This document shows positions 9,807 through 16,592 of a DNA stretch of 64,000 nucleotides, piece after piece. The stretch's first letter is position 1. Every line of letters starts with the position of its first letter. The DNA is from a virus: positions 15,996 through 79,995 of IMG/VR virus record IMGVR_UViG_3300023198_000559. One strand, 5' to 3'. The position numbers and the translations under genes were made by a program. The notes beneath the pieces were generated by a model, which worked only from the letters and a program-made list of their open reading frames with translations, made no database searches and was not told where the DNA came from.

Positions 9807-9864
9807 CTACGGCTTACCCCTTGTGTAAATGGTTCAAACCAATTACCTTTGAGGCAAGTCGTAG
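9807..9864 (-). ncRNA. Structured RNA hairpin upstream of the acidic ORF
   Basis: CUACGACUUGCCUC...GGGGUAAGCCGUAG 14-position stem whose G-U pairs form only on the minus strand, with a nested inner hairpin. Confidence 0.45.
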
Positions 9865-9911
9865 ACTTAAAAAACAAGGAGCTATCTTTCGCTTTATACT
9901 AGTCGCTCAGC

Positions 9912-10178
9912 TTAGTATCTTCTATGCATAATTACCTTTACTTTAACCTTGTTCTCAGGTATAAAAGGTATTGCATCCGGGTTTAATCTATAACGGTTCT
10001 TCGGTGCACTCTGTGCAATCTCTTTATCCGTTAACTTCTTTCTCCTACTAAATTTCTTCTTAAACTCTAATGCACGCTTTGTGAAATAGAGTTCAACAAA
10101 TAGTTTAGTGGGTGCTGTCATCACAATCTGCTTTCTTAAAAGAGGCTTGCGTGATTTTCTTAGTTTACTCTTAGGCAT
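9912..10178 (-). CDS. Small basic protein
   Basis: Start MPKSKLRKSRK; very K/R-rich. Confidence 0.55.
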   Translation of the reverse strand: MPKSKLRKSRKPLLRKQIVMTAPTKLFVELYFTKRALEFKKKFSRRKKLTDKEIAQSAPKNRYRLNPDAIPFIPENKVKVKVIMHRRY

Positions 10179-10716
10179 TATGATTAATTTTATGTAAAAC
10201 AAATGTACACATGGGTGTCCCTTTTTCTCCTTTATATTCAATTCTATCAGCTATAACATAACCATGAGTATTAAATATACGTACATAATATGCACCTCTA
10301 CCCAATTCTTTAAGTAGATGTAGAGAATAATGGTCTCTCCTCATTACTAGAGTAATACCTATGACCTGAGCCCTGGTGTTTACTAATGTAGTAATGATAT
10401 CAGCAGATAATGCTGAACAAAAATCTAAGTATGCAAAATTTACATACTTGCGATAACCTCTGAAATAGTCAACAGTGGAACCATAAAAGTTATTGAGGCC
10501 TTTGATGTCTTTACAGATCTTCTTCTGTTCATCATAAACACTCTTGATACACTCTATGGTCTTAACATTCCAATCTTTCTTTAATAAAGCATATTCTAAT
10601 TCAAAGTTTAAGCAGGGTAATGTTACTGCTTTACCTGGAATTTTAGGAATATGTTTTAATAACATACTTCTCACTCGGCCCTTGGCTTCATGATTAGAAT
10701 ATTTAGGGTCATACAT
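10171..10716 (-). CDS. Putative class I SAM-dependent methyltransferase-like protein
   Basis: Start MYDPKY. Beta-alpha pattern KAVTLP / VKTIE / VNFAYLDFCS fits Rossmann MTase strands 1, 2 and 4. Confidence 0.45.
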   Translation of the reverse strand: MYDPKYSNHEAKGRVRSMLLKHIPKIPGKAVTLPCLNFELEYALLKKDWNVKTIECIKSVYDEQKKICKDIKGLNNFYGSTVDYFRGYRKYVNFAYLDFCSALSADIITTLVNTRAQVIGITLVMRRDHYSLHLLKELGRGAYYVRIFNTHGYVIADRIEYKGEKGTPMCTFVLHKINHNA

Positions 10717-10975
10717 TGTTTTCAGGGGGCTTCTTATAAGGAATACGATTACTTCTTCGAGCAATAGCAGCTGCATTTATGGCTGCATATTCTTTCTGAA
10801 TCTCTACATTAGCAAGAGCTAATTCTTTAACCCAGTCCGTCTTAGGATGTGAGTTTAAGTGTATTAATTCCCCGGATTCATCAATTACTTGAACACCACC
10901 AATCGGATGGTTTTCAAATGTACTGTCTGCCCACGCTTGTAGTTTACAAACTTTGGCTCTTTTTCTCCAATTCAT
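10709..10975 (-). CDS. Hypothetical protein
   Basis: 88-aa ORF with an A-rich initiation region. Confidence 0.55.
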   Translation of the reverse strand: MNWRKRAKVCKLQAWADSTFENHPIGGVQVIDESGELIHLNSHPKTDWVKELALANVEIQKEYAAINAAAIARRSNRIPYKKPPENNV

Positions 10976-11008
10976 TGGATATAATTTAAGTGAAACATTT
11001 ATTTAGTA

Positions 11009-11128
11009 AAAGAATCAGATAGAGGCTATTGGGGCCTACTTCCGGAGCCAATATTCACTGTTTTATCTCTCAGTTCCCAATCTTATGGCATTCCATCAAC
11101 AGAGGCTTTTGCGCGTGTCTGATTCTTT
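11009..11128 (-). ncRNA. Unidentified stem-closed multibranch RNA directly 3' of the tmRNA
   Basis: 11-bp closing stem AAAGAAUCAGA/UCUGAUUCUUU around several hairpins. Confidence 0.4.
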
Positions 11129-11130
11129 AG

Positions 11131-11519
11131 TGGAGATGCAGGGAGTCGAACCCTGGTCCACAATGTATTAAATACACATGATATACAAGTTTGTAGGGCC
11201 AGCTCAACTGCTGACGGTCCACCACTTAGTCTTTTTATGAACTAAGAAACACTCTCTAGTTGTTATCGTATATAAATATACAGTGAGATGCAGAGTATTC
11301 TCGTACACGCTATTCTGTTTCTAGGTTAACGTAGAACCCAAGCACTCATGAAACCTAATTACTATTAAGCTGCAATACGCATCTCATACTGAGCTACAGG
11401 TGCAATAGAAATAACTTTCGTTTCTCCATTTATTAAAGTGATACGTTTTTAATGTGTCTCATATCATCACATACTTGCATGTAGTACTGAATATCATCAT
11501 GTCAAATCCAGTCATCCCC
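11131..11519 (-). ncRNA. ssrA: tmRNA (SsrA), 389 nt, tag (A)GETKVISIAPVAQYEMRIAA
   Basis: 5' GGGGAUGACUGGAUUUGAC; 3' GGACCAGGGUUCGACUCCCUGCAUCUCCA. 7-bp acceptor stem with G3-U wobble and A discriminator; PK1-like element; resume codon GGA at 11427 after AUAAAU; tag ends in AA then UAA UAG UAA. Confidence 0.95.
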
Positions 11520-11526
11520 AAAAGGT

Positions 11527-11865
11527 TTACAAAGATACTACTTTAGTCTTTGTATAAACACCTTTCGTGTTAATTAAATGACCCTTCTTAACCCAACTAG
11601 CTAATGACCCAGCTATTTGCATTGTTGTAAGGCCTAATCTATTCTTTGCAGCAAGAGCTACTAAGAATGGTTTATCAAATTTATCTGGTAACCACTCAAA
11701 TGGTAATGTATCAGGTGAACCAGGTGCTTTAAAAGCTTGAGCTTCAATTGATGTTACTTCTCTTGTATTTGCATCAACTACCTTTACTTGTTTACCAGTG
11801 ATAACTACTTTAAATCTATCAGCTTTGATAGTAATCGGTTGTGAATTAATTTCTAATTGTAACAT
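11527..11865 (-). CDS. Hypothetical protein with C-terminal winged-helix-like segment
   Basis: Start MLQLEIN; C-terminus QIAGSLASWVKKGHLINTKGVY. Confidence 0.55.
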   Translation of the reverse strand: MLQLEINSQPITIKADRFKVVITGKQVKVVDANTREVTSIEAQAFKAPGSPDTLPFEWLPDKFDKPFLVALAAKNRLGLTTMQIAGSLASWVKKGHLINTKGVYTKTKVVSL

Positions 11866-11894
11866 AAGGTTTAAGTTTAAATAATAAATGTAGG

Positions 11895-12122
11895 AGCCCA
11901 ACAGCTGTTCCTACTCACCCAGTTCTCAACTGTACCATAAGCAACTCTAGTCCTCACGGACATTGCAAGACGGTTGGGTTTATATGAAGAGTAGCGCACT
12001 GCTACATTAAGTCGGCCCTGCCTCATGTTATGTGCTTAAACATCGAGAGACCTCATCACTATATCTTCATTTTAGGGTGCTGTAGGACATTATTTGCATG
12101 AGAATGTCAATTCTCCCGCACT
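11895..12122 (-). ncRNA. Three consecutive structured RNA elements in an ORF-free gap
   Basis: Closing stems ACCCAAC/GUUGGGC, AUGAAGA/UCUUCAU and GUGC/GCAC; GUCC-GUGA-GGAC GNRA hairpin; CAGU-UGAGA-ACUG T-loop-like hairpin. Confidence 0.4.
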
Positions 12123-12129
12123 TGTACGG

Positions 12130-12288
12130 TTATTTATTTTCTACAGCATTTCTTACGGGCTCATGTCGAGTCCTAGAGGTTCTTTTACCTCCTTGTGTCT
12201 CAATGTACACAACTTGATTCATCTTCTTCCCGTGTTGCTTACGTTTCCAGGGAGTGATTACTTGTCTCTCTAATACTACCTTAGTCAT
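12130..12288 (-). CDS. Small basic protein (52 aa)
   Basis: Start MTKVVLERQ, overlapping the upstream stop. Confidence 0.45.
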   Translation of the reverse strand: MTKVVLERQVITPWKRKQHGKKMNQVVYIETQGGKRTSRTRHEPVRNAVENK

Positions 12289-12397
12289 TTCTAAAGCATT
12301 TAAGACCATTCTTAATCTTACGAACCCTTGTACGTGGTATATTATTACCAACGTGATGAGGATTCTTACGACGTTTACTAGTTTTCTTAGTTTTCAC
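12281..12397 (-). CDS. Small very basic protein (38 aa)
   Basis: GTG start: MKTKKTSKRRKNPHHVGNNIPRTRVRKIKNGLKCFRND; A-rich initiation region upstream. Confidence 0.4.
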   Translation of the reverse strand: MKTKKTSKRRKNPHHVGNNIPRTRVRKIKNGLKCFRND

Positions 12398-12424
12398 TGT
12401 ATTACAATTTAAGTTGAACAAATA

Positions 12425-12757
12425 TTAATATCCTGTATACTGATTAGTATACTGTTTAATTAATTTCTTAAGCCATCTAACTCGAGGCTTAATAAGATAT
12501 GGTTTGTAAAGAAATACACCAGTTGTAGTGATGTTCATCTCAATGTCACCATCAAAACTCTTGGGTGAATAGGTTATAAACTTATTATTAAGTCTATTTT
12601 GAATAAGAGTAAATAACATACTAGCTTGCATATCATTAATCTTACCTTCCCTTTTCATAGCATACACAGCAGTACATAGACCATCATATTTAGTTGGTCG
12701 TATACTAGGATGTGTAAACTCTTGTAATAGTAATTCTAGTAATCTTCTCATGGTCAT
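12425..12757 (-). CDS. Hypothetical protein
   Basis: ORF containing GLC and PRVRWL motifs; start approximate. Confidence 0.55.
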   Translation of the reverse strand: MTMRRLLELLLQEFTHPSIRPTKYDGLCTAVYAMKREGKINDMQASMLFTLIQNRLNNKFITYSPKSFDGDIEMNITTTGVFLYKPYLIKPRVRWLKKLIKQYTNQYTGY

Positions 12758-12864
12758 ATTAGCTTGATTTAGTTTGTACATTGATTTAAATGACATCCCC
12801 AAGTATTTTTACTCGGCTGTCCAAGTGCACTTGCGCTAAGACTGTGTTCTACTTGAGGATATTG

Positions 12865-12926
12865 TGCTGTATGGAGAGTCGAACTCCTAATATAGTATTC
12901 TAACTACATTATGCCCAAATTACAGC
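12865..12926 (-). ncRNA. Minimal tRNA-like element (no D-stem, 8-nt anticodon-position loop)
   Basis: GCUGUA...UACAGC-A acceptor stem, GGAG-UUCGACU-CUCC T-arm, AAUGUAG/CUAUAUU stem, UGGG linker. Confidence 0.6.
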
Positions 12927-12937
12927 GGTGATTAAGT

Positions 12938-14265
12938 TACAAGCTGAGAATGTGACTTGTATGTTATGATTATCTACCTTTTCAAGTATAATTCACACTT
13001 AGGTTTAACTAAGTACATAACATAGAGAGTTGATTACAACCATTTACTACTACTATTCATATAAACTTCAATTTCTGCAACCATCCTTGGAAGGACTCGC
13101 AGTGTTCCCACACTACTAGGTTAAACATACTTTATTCATTTCATCAAAGCTCCTTGCGGGTGCTAAGACAACTGTATCTTACAACAGTATAACTCTATTG
13201 TTGAATAATAGTCTACAGGCGTTGGGCTTTTCGAGTTTAAGATGAGCTTATTCAGCTTCTTTCTTTTAGCGAAATATAGTGAGATACAAGACGTCGACTG
13301 TAGTCTACATGCATGCTACTCTTGCGAGCAGTTTAGCTTGTTACGCCTTGTTGTAAGTTATCAGCTTACGGTGGATTAAGATGCTACTACAAGAGCACAC
13401 CCTAATTACTGACCACAACACTAATAGATTGATATTCTATTTTGCATCGTACCCTACACAGTTCCCTATTGCTATTTCTAGCTCAACTCCAGTCACCACT
13501 GGAATATACTCTCAGGTATTAACCCATTGAATATGTTATATGCATGCTTACATGGATTGGTATCAGTCCTGACACCAACGCTCGTCACCTTATTTCGAAG
13601 AATGACTTACTTTATACTCATCACTGAGTTTATCCTAAGGCTATAAGCAACCTTTTCTTAAATGCTTGGGAGCATAGTGTACACTACCTCCCTCGACCCT
13701 CCAGCGTAACCTGTACAAGCTATCTAGATAGGATTTCGGTCTTAAATATCTTAAGTTAATATATCTTACAGACAATTTGAGTTCTTGCCTATTATACTTT
13801 CAGTTACAGGTGAAACCCTGCATCTCAATACTTTCCATAGCTACATACTATCCAACATGTATCGCCACCTATAGCAGGTAGACGTAGGTTTCGAACCTAT
13901 ACGTAGAAGATATATTAACTCTCAATTACTCTTAGTGAGTAATGAGTTTAATGCTTAGGTAAGTATCTGGTGCGCTAGATGTCTTAGTAGGGCGTATTCC
14001 CATACCTTATACTTACCATTGTTACTCTTTAGTTGTACATAAGTCGTAACATCTTACGTTAGCACATTGCTTTTGTGTCCGGGTCTAGTGCTATCACAGG
14101 ACTGCAGTTTTTAATCTCACGGCCAGAAATAGAGGCACGTTACCTCTACCAACAGACAATGGTGCTCCACAACCTAATCAACACTCTTCAGTGTCTTTTG
14201 AATGCTTCTATGCTACCAATGAATATTCCTACTGCTCGTACAGAGCGTTCCGTAGGTCCAACCTA
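12938..14265 (-). ncRNA. Large ornate ncRNA, GOLLD-like 3' domain (5' boundary uncertain)
   Basis: No credible ORF; many GNRA hairpins and long-range helices on the minus strand; 3' hairpin ...CACAUUCUCAGCU and upstream motifs resemble GOLLD as recalled from memory. Confidence 0.6.
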
Positions 14266-14269
14266 GTAT

Positions 14270-14476
14270 CTATACAAAATGAGGGACTGAACCATGTTCT
14301 TCCAGGTAGTCACTTATCATCTTGTCGGCTCTCTCTTGTAGTATGATGTCTACATCCTTTACTACTTTGAGTATCACACGATCCATAACCTTATCAGGAC
14401 ACTTACCACTATTTATGGTAGCTGTCCTAATATGGTCAAGTTCGGAATTAGTAAATTGTTCTAAGAATCTCTTCAC
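14270..14476 (-). CDS. Hypothetical protein
   Basis: 68-aa ORF overlapping the upstream stop. Confidence 0.5.
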   Translation of the reverse strand: MKRFLEQFTNSELDHIRTATINSGKCPDKVMDRVILKVVKDVDIILQERADKMISDYLEEHGSVPHFV

Positions 14477-14745
14477 CTTCTTGTTCTTCTAAAGGTGCTT
14501 ATTCTTGTAATTAATACAGAGTCTTGTACAAGTTTCATATTACCAGCTAAGGTAATAAGTGTTGTATCTGACTCATAGTACTGTAATATGCCTAAACGTT
14601 GTTCATAGTCTATTACAGTATGAAATGCTACTTTAAGTAGCACTACGGGTTCTTTGGCTTTATATTTAGCCACTCTCTCACTCTTGGATGTACAAGCAGA
14701 TGCTAATGCAAGAGTAAGGATTAATATTACTAAAGTATTTCTCAT
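14473..14745 (-). CDS. Putative lipoprotein
   Basis: MRNTLVILILTLALASA-C signal peptide II / lipobox. Confidence 0.6.
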   Translation of the reverse strand: MRNTLVILILTLALASACTSKSERVAKYKAKEPVVLLKVAFHTVIDYEQRLGILQYYESDTTLITLAGNMKLVQDSVLITRISTFRRTRR

Positions 14746-14870
14746 AGTTTACTTTATAAACACTATCCAACATGAAAGTAATATAGATGTAACAGTAATA
14801 CTAATGAAGACTGTTTGTACTAACCACAATAATGCAGGTGTATTAATAATATGTTCAAGGATTCTATCTA

Positions 14871-15071
14871 TCATAATAGTTGTGGTGTAATTACTTTATC
14901 AAATTGTTCTTGAAGAGTTATATGAGTTACCTCATAAGCTGTCTCCTTGTAATGCTCTTTAATTAGCATGTCTAACTGACCAAGTGTATAGGCCAATAAT
15001 AGTAGATGCTCAGTTGTTATACTACGTTCTACTGTTACGAAGTATATCTTTATTTTAGTATTCTTATTCAT
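14871..15071 (-). CDS. Hypothetical protein
   Basis: 66-aa ORF co-oriented with the early arm. Confidence 0.45.
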   Translation of the reverse strand: MNKNTKIKIYFVTVERSITTEHLLLLAYTLGQLDMLIKEHYKETAYEVTHITLQEQFDKVITPQLL

Positions 15072-15236
15072 CTTTACGAAGTACTATTTGATTAAATAAC
15101 TACTCAGACTTTCTGAATAGTAAATGTCTTTTGAGGCTATAGTATACTTACTACTTATAAGTAGTATAATAGAGAAAGTAGAGAAAGTATATAGTTTTAC
15201 TGTGAGTCCTTCTCTCTCTCTAAGAGTTTATAGTCA

Positions 15237-15625
15237 AATAGTAAGTGTAAAGCTATGATGCCTCGCTATCACCTGAGAGGATATACCTGCTGCAACCATT
15301 AGCTTTACTTCTTCTTACTATTAATACCTATAGTCGTTACTCATACGCCATAGGTTATATATCTTGAGTTCTCTTCTGTCGTACTGTATTGGCATAGGAC
15401 TTAGAAAAGAATTGAAATTCGCTATATACGAACATGGACAGTTCTAACAAGTGGCACACGAAGTCCACTTGCGTCTGAGACTGTAGAGGTTAGTCCACAA
15501 TCATGAGCCCAGTTCGTGCATCGAACCATCGCCCATCGATTAATACCTTTCTCATAGTGATGAGGTTAGGGTGAAGAGGTGCACACTACTTCATCTGGTG
15601 AGTGTGCTTAACCAGTTGGTACATC
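15237..15625 (-). ncRNA. Cluster of structured RNA elements, including an H-type pseudoknot at 15581-15615
   Basis: Two stacked 9-bp stems closing 15237-15322, several hairpins, and pseudoknot stems CUGGU/ACCAG and GCACACU/AGUGUGC. Confidence 0.4.
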
Positions 15626-15628
15626 AGG

Positions 15629-15874
15629 CTACAGAGTGAACTGTAGTGTAGCGCCTGTACCAGCGTTACAAAGGACTGCAGTACCGTCTTCGAAGACAGC
15701 AAACTGGGCCTCCTTAGTCTTATCGTAAGACTTGGAAACAGGTCCTTGCTCAGCACCACAGCTCCAGAAATCTCCTTTGCCTGCGTTGAGTACTCTTATT
15801 TCGTCAGAGTCAGCACGTCCCTTTAATTCACTTACTGTAAGCGAATAAGAAATCTTAGACTTTGTGTCTGCCAT
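15629..15874 (-). CDS. First leftward (early) small protein
   Basis: 81 aa; first ORF of the left arm after the divergent intergenic region. Confidence 0.65.
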   Translation of the reverse strand: MADTKSKISYSLTVSELKGRADSDEIRVLNAGKGDFWSCGAEQGPVSKSYDKTKEAQFAVFEDGTAVLCNAGTGATLQFTL

Positions 15875-15879
15875 TCTTA

Positions 15880-16490
15880 GGATTGCAGTTGGATTAACCC
15901 GACGGGGGTACCCAAGACTGCGAAATTAAGAGGGGGAGATTCGCTATATCACACCTACGCTTATACTCAGACAAACAATTTTCTAAAAATATTTTAAAAA
16001 TTTTACACGGTAGACTAATAAGGGTACAACACGGTAGACTAATTATGGTACGTAGTAAGGAAGTCAGGTTAAACCTGATCTACCTACTAAGAAACGCCAG
16101 GGGGTACTGGCTTTAGGGTGTAGGAGATATCATGCATAAGGTATGAATCCGGGACTGTTTTGTATGATGTAGACGACATTCATGTCGCACATATTGTAAT
16201 AATTTGAGCACAATACCGGTACAAGGTACTAATCTCTAAAAAGTACTAATAGAAATAAATGTCACAAATCCAGGTGTTAATAGAAGAAATTCCCTTTAAC
16301 TGTCACAAATCTACTAGTTAGTAGAAGATTTTGTCACAACTTGGACAGTAACTAGGACACAGTGTCCAAGTACTTTATACATATATGTATATAAAAAATG
16401 TACTAAAGTATACATTTATGTATAATAAGTACGTACGTGTATAAAGTCAACCTATATAGATACTAATTTCTAAAAGTCAACCTATGTGCT
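15880..16490. repeat. Repeat- and palindrome-rich divergent intergenic region (candidate origin or genome-end region)
   Basis: ACACGGTAGACTAAT x2 (16005, 16029); TGTCACAA x3 (16260, 16301, 16332); AAAGTCAACCTAT x2 (16443, 16473); TATACAT(A/T)TATGTATA x2; CTTGGACA/TGTCCAAG inverted repeat; AT-rich tract at 15975-16004. Confidence 0.6.
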
Positions 16491-16493
16491 GAC

Positions 16494-16592
16494 AAAAGCC
16501 CGGGAGTTGTCAGGGTAAGGCCTGCCTACTAAGTTTCAAGCAAATTGCGAGCGGTCCCATTCAATTACAAAGGACTCTAACCTCAACCGGGC
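16494..16592 (-). ncRNA. Candidate ~99-nt small RNA with its own promoter
   Basis: TAACTTTG (minus, 16603-16596) directly upstream; 5' GCCCGG pairs with 3' CCGGGC followed by UUUU; two internal hairpins. Confidence 0.5.

Noticed and set aside
12795-12860. Pistol ribozyme (ACUUG-loop-CGAGU-AAAAAU resembles P1)
   Set aside because: The downstream UUAAG, pseudoknot and AGCG elements are missing or out of order.
12865-12926. Functional decoding tRNA
   Set aside because: No D-stem, 8-nt anticodon loop and 6-bp acceptor stem; reported as tRNA-like only.
12938-14265. Group I/II intron or RNase P RNA as the explanation for the long non-coding region
   Set aside because: No interrupted host gene, no matching GACUA/UAGUC P7 pair on one strand, no GUGYG or domain V, and no GAGGAAAGUCC.
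14075-14266. 63-aa plus-strand ORF
   Set aside because: Antisense to the early arm, GTG start without an initiation context, and lies inside the structured RNA.
15505-15535. Fluoride riboswitch (GGCGAUGG on the minus strand)
   Set aside because: The pairing UCGCC and the downstream CUGAUG...CCU elements are absent.
15960-16490. CRISPR mini-array
   Set aside because: Repeats are only 8-15 bp, belong to several different families, occur 2-3 times each, and lack a regular repeat-spacer period.
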